From a virus, in the IMG/VR virus record IMGVR_UViG_3300032215_000643, positions 1 through 64,000 of that record: 64,000 nt of DNA; one strand, written 5' to 3'. Of this stretch, positions 20,986 to 30,087 are shown piece by piece. Within the stretch, counting starts at the first letter, position 1. Every line of letters starts with the position of its first letter. The notes beneath the pieces were generated by a model. The model was given only the letters and a program-made list of their open reading frames with translations. It was not told where the DNA came from and searched no databases. The position numbers were made by a program, and so were the translations under genes.

Positions 20986-23133
20986 ATGGCTAAAAAGTTT
21001 CTAGTTAATATTGATTTGGGTGGGAATCAACTTTTAAATGCTTTAGCACACCCACAGTCAGGATCACCAACTGCTTATGGAAAAGGGCAGTTATGGTTCG
21101 ATACAAATAATAATCAATTAAATGTTTACAATGGTACAACTTTCGTACCCTTGACCACTGGTGGAACTTCTGTTACATCTCTTAATGGTTATACAGGTGG
21201 CGTTACCCTTTATGGCACTGCAAGTCAAGTTACAGTAACAAATACTGGTACCGGATCGATTACTTTCTCCCTACCTTCTACAGTTTCTTTAACAACTGCA
21301 TGTGCAACTAATTTTTACGGTGCATTTAATGGTACTGTTACAAACTCTACCCAATTAAATAATCAAAATGCTTCATACTACGCTCCAATTGCTAGTCCAA
21401 ACTTTACTACTGGAGCATCGGTAGCGGGTAATAGAATTATTACCATAGCGGATAAATTTACTGCTGCAGGTGCCGCAGTGTCTTCATCAGAACTTGCTGG
21501 CGTTATGTCTGATGAGACAGGTACCGGAAACCTAGTATTTAATAATGCGCCGACGTTTGCTGGAACTGTAAATCTTGGAACATCTGTTGCTTCAGGTTCT
21601 GTAACAACAGCACTTAATTCATCAAGTTTTGGTAGTCAGCCCATTTCGTACTTTGCCCCAATTACTAATCCTAATTTTACAACTGGTGCATCTGTCGGTG
21701 GAAATAGAATTACAACTATTGTGGATAAGTTTACTGCTCACACTGCTGCAGTATCGTCATCTGAATTAGCCGGTGTTATTTCTGATGAAACTGGTACTGG
21801 CGCACTTGTATTTAATAACTCACCATCGTTTGTTACACCAAATATTGGTACTGCTACTGGTTCTGTAACATATGCAACAAATGCGGGGAATGCTAACACA
21901 GTAACAAATGGTATTTATATTACTGATACTGGAACAGTCACATCAACAATGATTTTGAACGGAACTATCCTTGATACTGATATTAATGCTGTTGCCGGGA
22001 TTGCTGTAAGCAAATTATCAGCAAGTCAAGTAACTATTGGTTCAACAGCAATTGGTTTAGGAACTACTGCAAATTCAATTGTTGGTTTAACAACTGCATG
22101 TGCGACAAATTTCTATGGAGCGTTTAACGGGAATGCTACGACAGCGACAACTGCAACTAACCTTTCTGGCGGTACAGTCAATGCTACAACAGGATCATTC
22201 TCAAGCACTCTTAATGTTACTGGCACATCAACTCTAGGAACAGCAAATACTGGTGCCTTAACAGCAACAACAGGATCTTTTTCAAGTACTCTTAACGTCA
22301 CAGGTACATCAACTTTAGGTGCAACAAATGTTGGTGCTTTAACCGCAACTAGTGGTACTATCGGTGGAAATACAATTGCTACAAGTGCAAATAATTTAGG
22401 GTTTTTTGCAACGGGCGGGAATATAAACCCTGCGACCATAACAACAACAGGCGATGTAACTATTGGTGGGACACTCTACCTTTCAGGATCTTCTACATAT
22501 GTTTCAAGTAGTATTACAGTAATTCAAGATCCAATGATATACCTTGGTCATGATAATCCAACAAACATTTGGGATCTTGGTTTCGTTGCTTCATTTACTT
22601 CACCACAGTACCAACATACGGGCTTTGTCAGAGATCATAATCTTACAAACACATGGAGACTTTTTTCTGGTGCCGCTGAGCCTGCTAATGCAAGCGTAAA
22701 CTTTGCTGGTGCTAGTGTTATTCACGATACACTTGCATTGGGTTCATGGCAAGTTATGTCAGGTTCAGGTACTGGAACGGTAACCGCATCTATCACAAAT
22801 GCTGGTTTCTTAACTGCCCCAAGCGCCAACTTTACAAGTGCCCTACAATTTAATGGTGCAGCAGTAGCGACTCAAGCATACGTTACTGCTAACTCTACAG
22901 CCAAATATACAGGAACAATAACTGGAACAGGATCTTTAAATTCCTTTACCGTTACCCACAACCTTGGGACAAGAGATGTTATTGTTCAAGTTTATCAAAC
23001 ATCTGCTACTCCAGATACTCAGTATGCGTCGGTAGAAGTGGATATTGCTAGAACATCAGCATCGGTTGTAACCGTATCCTTTGCAAGCAATGTCGCAAAT
23101 GGCGACACTTATAACGTAGTCGTTCACGGATAA
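20986..23133 (+). CDS. Tail fibre-like protein with internal duplications
   Basis: Duplicated GASV.GNRI.TI.DKFTA..SSELAGV.SDETGTG.LVFNN, TTACATNFYGAFNG and ATTGSFSSTLNVTGTSTLG units; C-terminal THNLGTRDV.VQVY domain. Confidence 0.7.
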   Translation: MAKKFLVNIDLGGNQLLNALAHPQSGSPTAYGKGQLWFDTNNNQLNVYNGTTFVPLTTGGTSVTSLNGYTGGVTLYGTASQVTVTNTGTGSITFSLPSTVSLTTACATNFYGAFNGTVTNSTQLNNQNASYYAPIASPNFTTGASVAGNRIITIADKFTAAGAAVSSSELAGVMSDETGTGNLVFNNAPTFAGTVNLGTSVASGSVTTALNSSSFGSQPISYFAPITNPNFTTGASVGGNRITTIVDKFTAHTAAVSSSELAGVISDETGTGALVFNNSPSFVTPNIGTATGSVTYATNAGNANTVTNGIYITDTGTVTSTMILNGTILDTDINAVAGIAVSKLSASQVTIGSTAIGLGTTANSIVGLTTACATNFYGAFNGNATTATTATNLSGGTVNATTGSFSSTLNVTGTSTLGTANTGALTATTGSFSSTLNVTGTSTLGATNVGALTATSGTIGGNTIATSANNLGFFATGGNINPATITTTGDVTIGGTLYLSGSSTYVSSSITVIQDPMIYLGHDNPTNIWDLGFVASFTSPQYQHTGFVRDHNLTNTWRLFSGAAEPANASVNFAGASVIHDTLALGSWQVMSGSGTGTVTASITNAGFLTAPSANFTSALQFNGAAVATQAYVTANSTAKYTGTITGTGSLNSFTVTHNLGTRDVIVQVYQTSATPDTQYASVEVDIARTSASVVTVSFASNVANGDTYNVVVHG

Positions 23134-23135
23134 CA

Positions 23136-24191
23136 ATGACAAAGCAATTTAAAGTTGGCATATATGCACCTAGTGCCACGTTTGTTACAGCATCAATAAC
23201 AGGCGGGACAGTTGCAGGCGCTAACGTGTTCCTTGGAACTGCAACATATGGATCTTCAGCAACACCCTTTTATGCAAATAATAGCGGAAGTGTAAGCATT
23301 GGAAATAAACTTACATGGAATGGGTCTACTTTATCAATTGGTGATACTTCAAATGGTACTGTAGGATTATCTGCTCCCGCCAATCCATCTGCAAGCAATA
23401 TAGCCATTTATGCAGGAGCATCTGCTTATTCTAGTGCATCAATAGCCCCTTTTAGGATAGATTATGCTGGAAACCTTTTTTCTTCAAGTGCCAACATTTC
23501 TGGTGGAAGTGCTAATTTTACAAATGGAGCGTCCGTTAATTCAAATAGAATTACAACTGTTGCAGATAAATTTACTGCTCTCGTTGGAATAGTCGCATCA
23601 TCTGAATTAATTGCGCTCGTATCTGATAAAACTGGATCGGGAAGTCTGGTATTTAGTAACTCCCCTTCTTTTATAACGCCAAACATTGGCAATGCAACTG
23701 GTTCAGTTTCTTATGCAAGTAACTCAGCCTCTTTAAACAATATTGCTGGATCATCTTATGCACAATTATCTTCTGCTAATTTTACATCAGCCAGCGTTGG
23801 ATCTAATCCAATATACACTAAGTCTACCGCACCCTATCAACCACAAACATTTTTTTACACAGGCTCTGTTGCAGTTTATACATCTTCTTCACGATTTTAT
23901 AATGATACAGGTGGAACAAGATCAATTATTTCTGTAAGGGCAAGCGTAGGTTCAGCACCAACTGGATCTGCCATGCTTATTGATGTGAGAAAAAATGGAA
24001 CATCTGCTTCAAATACTATTTTTACAGGCAGTTCAATATCTATTCCTGCAACATCATTTACTTCTGGAGCATCTACATCATTTAATTCTGGAAGTTCTTT
24101 GGCCCCCAATGATTATTTAACTGTTGCTATTTCTCAAGTAGGGTCAACCGCAGCAGGCTCTGATTTAACAATACAAGTTAACTGGAGTTAA
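23136..24191 (+). CDS. Mosaic fibre protein with conserved C-terminal anchor domain (copy 1)
   Basis: Shares modules with the 13048 and 20986 proteins; last ~110 aa are closely similar to those of 58512-59921. Confidence 0.7.
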   Translation: MTKQFKVGIYAPSATFVTASITGGTVAGANVFLGTATYGSSATPFYANNSGSVSIGNKLTWNGSTLSIGDTSNGTVGLSAPANPSASNIAIYAGASAYSSASIAPFRIDYAGNLFSSSANISGGSANFTNGASVNSNRITTVADKFTALVGIVASSELIALVSDKTGSGSLVFSNSPSFITPNIGNATGSVSYASNSASLNNIAGSSYAQLSSANFTSASVGSNPIYTKSTAPYQPQTFFYTGSVAVYTSSSRFYNDTGGTRSIISVRASVGSAPTGSAMLIDVRKNGTSASNTIFTGSSISIPATSFTSGASTSFNSGSSLAPNDYLTVAISQVGSTAAGSDLTIQVNWS

Positions 24192-24192
24192 T

Positions 24193-24939
24193 GTGGCTGT
24201 TGCAGTTAGAAGCATAAGCGGAAGTACTACAAATGCGGCAACTACTGGAGCCAACTCTTTGGCTACGGCAGCGCCTTCTGGAAAATCCACTGGCGATCTT
24301 CTGGTTTTAATTGTTTCTAACAGGAGTAATATTGGTCTTGGTGTACCGGCACTTGGCACTGGATCGGCAGGATGGAGTGCGGCATCACCTTTTTCTTCTG
24401 CATCAGTAACTGCAACTGGCACTAGCGGTATTTCAACTAAATGGTGGTGGCGTGTTGCAGACGGAAGTGCAAACGATACCCCAACAGTAACAGGTTCTTT
24501 TACAAGCGGTGATGACGGTAATATTTCTTATTCCCTCCTTGCTTTGACGGGTGCTTTAAATAGTGGACCGGGTGATGTTGGAGCAGCATCCACGGCTTCA
24601 TCTGGAGCGAATGTTCTTCCAACAATTACAACTACTCAGGCAGCAGATTTACAAATTGGTTGCTGGGGAAGTTATGACAGTACGGGGAATAATCTAGCAA
24701 CCTTTGGTGCAGTTCCATCAGGTTGGACTTTTTCTGGTTCGACAGCAAACGCGACGCTTGGTAATATTAATGGTGGTCAGTACGTTGCGTATAGAACAAT
24801 TGCTTCTGCAAGTACGGTAACGGGTGCTTCAGTTTCACACTCTACAGTTGCTCAGCAAACAATGACAACTGTAGCAATTAAAATTGCAGTCACTTCTGTT
24901 ATAACTAATAAAATTGGTTGGGGTACGTCAATAATATGA
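24193..24939 (+). CDS. Putative fibre-tip/adhesin protein (copy 1, GTG start)
   Basis: P.G...GDLLVL.V...W..W.R.A pattern of beta-sandwich adhesin-like phage proteins; ends IGWGTSII. Confidence 0.55.
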   Translation: MAVAVRSISGSTTNAATTGANSLATAAPSGKSTGDLLVLIVSNRSNIGLGVPALGTGSAGWSAASPFSSASVTATGTSGISTKWWWRVADGSANDTPTVTGSFTSGDDGNISYSLLALTGALNSGPGDVGAASTASSGANVLPTITTTQAADLQIGCWGSYDSTGNNLATFGAVPSGWTFSGSTANATLGNINGGQYVAYRTIASASTVTGASVSHSTVAQQTMTTVAIKIAVTSVITNKIGWGTSII

Positions 24940-24953
24940 AATTTGGTAAAATA

Positions 24954-24989
24954 TATAGTCTAGCCTATAAATAAAAATATTGTTATACT
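24954..24989 (+). repeat. 36 bp direct repeat, copy 1 (TATAGTCTAGCCTATAAATAAAAATATTGTTATACT), ending in extended -10 TGTTATACT
   Basis: Identical to 60594-60629. Confidence 0.9.
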
Positions 24990-25012
24990 ATACAAGACAC
25001 GAAAGGAAAAAT

Positions 25013-25234
25013 ATGTCACAGCAAGCAGTTGAACAACCACAGGCACCTCAGCAGGTTATCGAACTAGTGGTGCAGGAACTTCAGAATCGTATTGGTCAGG
25101 TAACGACTCAGTACGAAACAAATATGGCTGTGCTTAAGGCACAGGCAACAACAGAAATTCAGAGCCGCGATAAGCGTATTGAAGAACTTTCAAGGGCGTT
25201 AGCAAATGCTGCGTCGAAGAACTCAAGTAATTAA
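25013..25234 (+). CDS. Small coiled-coil hypothetical protein
   Basis: SD AAGGA before ATG 25013 (start revised); heptad-like Gln/Glu/Leu pattern. Confidence 0.65.
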   Translation: MSQQAVEQPQAPQQVIELVVQELQNRIGQVTTQYETNMAVLKAQATTEIQSRDKRIEELSRALANAASKNSSN

Positions 25235-25595
25235 TAATACAAGAGTCCCCGGCGGGTTAATTGCAAGTACTGAAAAGGGCGATTATCTTGTTAAAGGTGA
25301 TAAAAGGTTCAAGTTTGTATCATCAAGAGCCAGAGATTCTTGGAATTTAAAAACAGTTAAAACTACAGAATTTGCAATGTCTTCATATAAAATTGCTGGT
25401 GTTGTAGGTTTTCGTGATGGTACTTTAATTAGGGATATATCTAGTCATAAGATATACTTAATATCAGACTACAAAAAACATCATGTTGTCTCTCCCGACT
25501 TTTTTAAAAGTTTGGGGTATAGCATGAAAGATGTCCTACTTGTTTCTTCTAAAGAATTAGTAGTTCATCAAGAAGGAGAACCTTTATATGGCTAA
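25206..25595 (+). CDS. Hypothetical phage protein
   Basis: Coupled ORF with two similar halves (G.LI....YL...K.); exact start uncertain. Confidence 0.55.
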   Translation: MLRRRTQVINNTRVPGGLIASTEKGDYLVKGDKRFKFVSSRARDSWNLKTVKTTEFAMSSYKIAGVVGFRDGTLIRDISSHKIYLISDYKKHHVVSPDFFKSLGYSMKDVLLVSSKELVVHQEGEPLYG

Positions 25596-26001
25596 TAACA
25601 TTATTGTTGATGTTAGTGAAATAAATCAGGCTATTCAAAAAGTTAACGATTTGAATAATAGATTTTCAAAAGATCATTCCACTATTGAAAATATTATAAA
25701 AGAAGTCGGAGATTTAAGAAATTTTCATGCAACCTATGCTTTAAAAGCAAATAGTTGGAAAACCTCAACAAAAAATGGTAAGGCTGTAAGAAGCCTAACA
25801 GTAGCCTTTTCTAAAATACATTTTTATGCTACACCAGTTGTGCATGTTTCTATTGAAGGAATTCATAATGGCTTGCAGGTATCTCTTTCTAATGTAACTC
25901 ATAGTGGATGCGAAATTCATGTTATGAAAACTCAAAAGTCAAATGCTTTTTCTTCAGCAGAATTAGGGCATAAGATACATTTAAGCGCACATGGTTATTA
26001 A
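25588..26001 (+). CDS. Small fibre-tip-like protein (H-type-lectin/gp53-like C-terminus)
   Basis: V.FS..F...PVV.VS.....V..VT.SG......A.GY pattern after a short coiled coil. Confidence 0.45.
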   Translation: MANNIIVDVSEINQAIQKVNDLNNRFSKDHSTIENIIKEVGDLRNFHATYALKANSWKTSTKNGKAVRSLTVAFSKIHFYATPVVHVSIEGIHNGLQVSLSNVTHSGCEIHVMKTQKSNAFSSAELGHKIHLSAHGY

Positions 26002-26258
26002 TGTACACACCCGTAAGTTCATGGGTTAAAAAAGAAAAGCGTTATTATGATGGATATGTCATAATAAAAATACCAGAACACCCTAAGTCATTCAACAGTT
26101 GGTACTACGAGCATAGACTTGTAGTGGAAGCCAGCCTTGACAGAATTCTTGAAGACTGGGAAACTGTTCATCATATAAACGAAAACAAAGAAGATAATAG
26201 ATTAATTAATTTGTTTCTTTGTACAAGAGCGCAACATAATAAAGCGCACAAAAATTAA
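26001..26258 (+). CDS. HNH endonuclease-family protein
   Basis: EHRLV.E..L.R.L...E.VHHINE.K.DNR..NL......H motif. Confidence 0.85.
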   Translation: MYTPVSSWVKKEKRYYDGYVIIKIPEHPKSFNSWYYEHRLVVEASLDRILEDWETVHHINENKEDNRLINLFLCTRAQHNKAHKN

Positions 26259-26266
26259 GGATATAC

Positions 26267-27022
26267 ATGACAAACGATCTTAAATGGATGATGGTTTCGG
26301 ACGTTCATTTCCCTCGCCATGATCCACGAAAGGTAGAGTTGTTTTTAAAGGTTATGAAGGCTTTCAAGCCGGATGCAGTGGACCTCCTTGGAGACATTGA
26401 TGATGCTGATTCAACTTCACGTTGGGCAGCAGATAAACCTTTAGAAATGTCTGTCTCTATTTATGATGGTGGAGTTAGTGGAACTAGAGATTTTCTAGCA
26501 GAAATTAATAAAATTGTTCCAAAGGCAGACAAGCATTTTCATGATGGAAATCATGGATGGACAAGGCATGGGGATTACCTTGCAAAGAAGGCTCCCCAGT
26601 TCTTAGAGTTACTTACCCCTGATATTCTTTATGAATACAGTAAGAGTGGCTTTGATTGGCATTATTATGATGCGCCTCCTGTTAGACGTTTTGGAGATAT
26701 CTATGGTCATCATGGAGAATCTATTTCAAAGCATTCTGGGGAGTCAGTTCGTAATGATGTAAACAATTGGGGTATATCCCTAGTGCGTGGGCATTCTCAT
26801 AGAATGGGTGCGTATTTCCAGACCTATAATTTGTCTGGTCAAGAGTTGCGTGGATATGAAATTGGACACCTTTGTGATGAAGATCAAATGGACTATTCCA
26901 TTCAGAAAAATTGGCAGGCGGGATTCGCTGTAGCCCATGTGGTTAATGATTATCCACATATTCAGTTAATACAAATACACGATTATACATGCGTAGTAGA
27001 CGGTAAAGTCTTTACAGCATAA
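26267..27022 (+). CDS. Calcineurin-like metallophosphoesterase
   Basis: SDVH, GDIDD, GNH, HG and GHSH motifs. Confidence 0.85.
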   Translation: MTNDLKWMMVSDVHFPRHDPRKVELFLKVMKAFKPDAVDLLGDIDDADSTSRWAADKPLEMSVSIYDGGVSGTRDFLAEINKIVPKADKHFHDGNHGWTRHGDYLAKKAPQFLELLTPDILYEYSKSGFDWHYYDAPPVRRFGDIYGHHGESISKHSGESVRNDVNNWGISLVRGHSHRMGAYFQTYNLSGQELRGYEIGHLCDEDQMDYSIQKNWQAGFAVAHVVNDYPHIQLIQIHDYTCVVDGKVFTA

Positions 27023-27033
27023 AAGGAGAAAAC

Positions 27034-27363
27034 ATGTACGGATGGTTGGTATTCGGTCTTGCAATTGCAGTTGTACTTCTAACTTCAGTTTTTAAGACCA
27101 TTGACGTAAATTCAAAGGTTAAGTCACTTATTGCAGTTGTACTTTCAATTGTTGCTGGCGCAGCAACTGTATGGGCAACACAGAATGGTGATTTTTCAAC
27201 TATTAATATTGCACAGGCAGTTGCCCTAGTTTATGCAGCCTCACAGGTTGTATATGACTTTATTTTCAAGGGCACTTCTGTAGATCAGGCACTAACTTCT
27301 GTCACACCATTTGGTGGAGGAAGTTCAGGCCCAGTAGATGAGCAGCCACCAGCAGGGGCGTAA
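27034..27363 (+). CDS. Membrane protein, holin-like
   Basis: Three hydrophobic segments; strong SD AAAGGAG. Confidence 0.55.
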   Translation: MYGWLVFGLAIAVVLLTSVFKTIDVNSKVKSLIAVVLSIVAGAATVWATQNGDFSTINIAQAVALVYAASQVVYDFIFKGTSVDQALTSVTPFGGGSSGPVDEQPPAGA

Positions 27364-27554
27364 TGTACTGCCGTAAATGTAGCGGCAGAGTTTTTGTTGA
27401 TAGAGTGTTTAGTTCTTCTCTAAGAACTGAGTTATTCTGCATAATGTGCGGAAGACGATGGTTTATTAAAAATGGAAGCAATAGGTTTTCACAATGGTTA
27501 AAAACAAGAGAACAAAAAGTGGCGTTGGCGAGCGTTGGACCTACTTCTATTTGA
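27363..27554 (+). CDS. Zinc-ribbon protein
   Basis: CRKC...CIMCG. Confidence 0.7.
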   Translation: MYCRKCSGRVFVDRVFSSSLRTELFCIMCGRRWFIKNGSNRFSQWLKTREQKVALASVGPTSI

Positions 27555-28015
27555 ATGAAAAGTTACATAAAACTATCTCTGTAAACAGATCAGATAACTT
27601 GCTGGTTGCATGGGATTATAAAGAAGGTAAGCGCGTTGCCTATGTCTTGTCAGACGCATATAGACATAGGCAACGTGCTTATACCACTACACAGGTAGCC
27701 CATATGCTGGACCGCCATTATGACACAATAATTCGTCATATTGATGCCGGAAGCATTCCTTACCCTCAACATGCTTATTCTTTAAATGGTAAAAGAAGAA
27801 TCATTAGATATTTATTCAGTGAAAATGATATTAGACAAATTCATGATTTCTTAAAAACTGTACATATTGGTAGACCTAGATATGATGAAAAAATTACAAA
27901 TAGCAATATGATCAGTAATGCTGAACTAGAAGCCTTGCTAAGAAACTCTACTGTACTATACACTAAGACAGGTGACGGGGAATTCGTTCCTGTCTGGAAG
28001 CAACCGGAGTGGTGA
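27494..28015 (+). CDS. Helix-turn-helix (MerR/excisionase-like) DNA-binding protein
   Basis: YTTTQVAHMLDRHYDTIIRHIDAG.IP.P...R.LFSE.DI. Confidence 0.7.
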   Translation: MVKNKRTKSGVGERWTYFYLNEKLHKTISVNRSDNLLVAWDYKEGKRVAYVLSDAYRHRQRAYTTTQVAHMLDRHYDTIIRHIDAGSIPYPQHAYSLNGKRRIIRYLFSENDIRQIHDFLKTVHIGRPRYDEKITNSNMISNAELEALLRNSTVLYTKTGDGEFVPVWKQPEW

Positions 28016-28227
28016 TGGAAGAATTAAAGAAGTCAACGTACGTTAATGTTGAATTGTCATACACACGAAATCTTGGAAACTATGAGAACATTAAAGTTAA
28101 TTTAGGTGTACAGGATTATGTGCGTGATGGTGAAAACGTCAACGCAGCAATGGATAGAGTCTACGCATTTGTAGAAGATAAACTTATAACCAAGATGGAA
28201 GAAATCGAAAAAGAACTTAAGGGGTAA
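28009..28227 (+). CDS. Hypothetical phage protein
   Basis: Coupled ORF; T.NLGNYE.IKV motif recurrent in phage replication modules. Confidence 0.6.
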   Translation: MVMEELKKSTYVNVELSYTRNLGNYENIKVNLGVQDYVRDGENVNAAMDRVYAFVEDKLITKMEEIEKELKG

Positions 28228-28229
28228 TT

Positions 28230-28553
28230 ATGACAAAGGACGATGCAAAGTTTGCACATTCCCTCCTAACCCTTTACTCTAATCTTTATTTAGATAAATA
28301 TTCAAAGGCAGTAACTGTTAATCGCCATAGAGAAAAGTGGGCGATGGTTGACGTTATTGATAGTATTGGTTACGAGCGTGCTAAAACTCTTCTGCTCTAT
28401 TATTTTCAATGTAACAAGCCCGGTCATCCTCTTCAATGGTTTTATTTTAATTTTGACAAGTTAGATGAAATGTTGAAAAAGATTGAAGAAGATAAAGATA
28501 AACGTGCTAGGATGAGAGCGGCAACAAAGATGATGATGGAGGGCAAAGCATGA
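28230..28553 (+). CDS. Hypothetical protein, possible helicase loader/initiator
   Basis: Coupled directly to dnaB; function inferred from position only. Confidence 0.45.
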   Translation: MTKDDAKFAHSLLTLYSNLYLDKYSKAVTVNRHREKWAMVDVIDSIGYERAKTLLLYYFQCNKPGHPLQWFYFNFDKLDEMLKKIEEDKDKRARMRAATKMMMEGKA

Positions 28554-29773
28554 GTACAGAATCAGCAGTCATTACGGCTGTTTGTAAAAATAAAGATATT
28601 TCAGTTCTTCTACAAGACAACGTAGATGATTTTTTTATTTCACACAGAGATGTGTGGGATGGACTAAAGTCTTATTACTATAAGTTTAAATCAGTTCCAG
28701 ATGTTGAAGTTCTAGTAGATCGGTTTAATAACTTTGATCCTGCTAACGTAACAGCAGAAACTGGCTACTACCTTGATCAACTTAAAGATGAGTATCTTAG
28801 TTCTAAGATTCGTAACATGCTTCTTAAGGCTGGTGGCGATTTAAAGGGTAATGCTGCTGCGCGTGTTCTTACAGATATGCAGTCTGAAATTGCCAGCCTT
28901 TCACGTCTTACCTCTACAGTACGAGATTTGGACGTTACAGATTATGAAAATGCTAGTAAGCACATCGAGAATCTACGCGCTCGCTCAGAAGCGATGGGTG
29001 GATCACCGGGAATTCCCACAGGGTTCAAGGCTATGGATCTTGCATATCCTACAGGAATGGCACCGGGACATTTGATTGTTGCAATTGGTTGGCCCGGTAA
29101 GGGTAAGACATGGTTCACTTCGTACCTTGCATGTAAGGCTTGGGAGCAAGGTTTTAAGCCAATGATTGTGTCTCTTGAAATGTCTCCTGAAAATATGCGT
29201 GACCGTATTTACACTATGCTTGGTAGCGGAATTTTCCGTGCCAGTGATTTCTCACGCGGTAATATTAATCTAGATGATTTTAATTCATGGGGCAAGAAGA
29301 ATTTTACAGACAAGCGCGGCTTCGTCCTTGTTTCTAATGAAGGCATGGCTGATGTTACTCCACAAACAGTTCAGGGTAAGATTGATCAGCATCGTCCAGA
29401 TCTAGTAATTTGTGACTATCATCAACTATTTAATGATTCAAAGAAGTCTAACAGTGAAGTAGAACGTAATCGTAATATTTCGCGGGAGTTCAAACTACTT
29501 GCTGTTAGGAATAACATTCCTGTAGTAGACATTACTGCTGCTACTGCTGACGACGTTTCTGATCATAACGATCCTCCCATGCTTAATCAGGTTGCATGGT
29601 CTAAGGCTATTGAGTATGATGCAGATCACGCCTTTGCGGTACATAGGACTCCTGATACTAATATTATTGAAATTGTTAATAGGAAGAATCGTCATGGCAC
29701 AGAATATGATTTCTACCTTGATTGGGATATTGATCGTGGTGTCGTTAAAGAAATATATGGTGACCTGCAGTAA
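28550..29773 (+). CDS. dnaB: DnaB-like replicative helicase
   Basis: Walker A GWPGKGKT, SLEM, ICDY, IEYDAD and KNRHG motifs. Confidence 0.93.
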   Translation: MSTESAVITAVCKNKDISVLLQDNVDDFFISHRDVWDGLKSYYYKFKSVPDVEVLVDRFNNFDPANVTAETGYYLDQLKDEYLSSKIRNMLLKAGGDLKGNAAARVLTDMQSEIASLSRLTSTVRDLDVTDYENASKHIENLRARSEAMGGSPGIPTGFKAMDLAYPTGMAPGHLIVAIGWPGKGKTWFTSYLACKAWEQGFKPMIVSLEMSPENMRDRIYTMLGSGIFRASDFSRGNINLDDFNSWGKKNFTDKRGFVLVSNEGMADVTPQTVQGKIDQHRPDLVICDYHQLFNDSKKSNSEVERNRNISREFKLLAVRNNIPVVDITAATADDVSDHNDPPMLNQVAWSKAIEYDADHAFAVHRTPDTNIIEIVNRKNRHGTEYDFYLDWDIDRGVVKEIYGDLQ

Positions 29774-29775
29774 TA

Positions 29776-29797
29776 TCCTGATATAATTTAATCAGGA
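29776..29797 (+). promoter_or_regulatory. Extended -10 (29779-29787) inside a 7 bp inverted repeat overlapping the SD
   Basis: TCCTGAT-ATAATTTA-ATCAGGA. Confidence 0.6.
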
Positions 29798-29804
29798 GAA
29801 ATAT

Positions 29805-30080
29805 ATGCCAAAACAAATACATAACTTTACTATTAGTGGAGTTATTGGAGATGATTCACATATCGTCAAGGCAAGAGAGAATTACGAGAAAATTCTTATT
29901 CAGCAGATGAGAGACAAAGGATATGTCCCTGTCTTAGACATGCTACCTCAATTTAAAATTTCGTACATCGAAGCAAAAAATCAGTATGGATTTATTCTGA
30001 CCTTGTATGGTATATTTATAGGCAAGTCAAAAGTAGATAATTTTATCGGTTTCTCCGGTCAAGACTTCATTCCTAGATAG
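29805..30080 (+). CDS. Hypothetical phage protein
   Basis: SD AGGAG; lies between helicase and primase. Confidence 0.65.
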   Translation: MPKQIHNFTISGVIGDDSHIVKARENYEKILIQQMRDKGYVPVLDMLPQFKISYIEAKNQYGFILTLYGIFIGKSKVDNFIGFSGQDFIPR

Positions 30081-30087
30081 GAAAAAA

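Noticed and set aside
24966-24973. T4-type late promoter TATAAATA
   Set aside because: Seen in intergenic DNA only inside the two repeat copies, is likely by chance in AT-rich DNA, and no gp55-like sigma is in the window.
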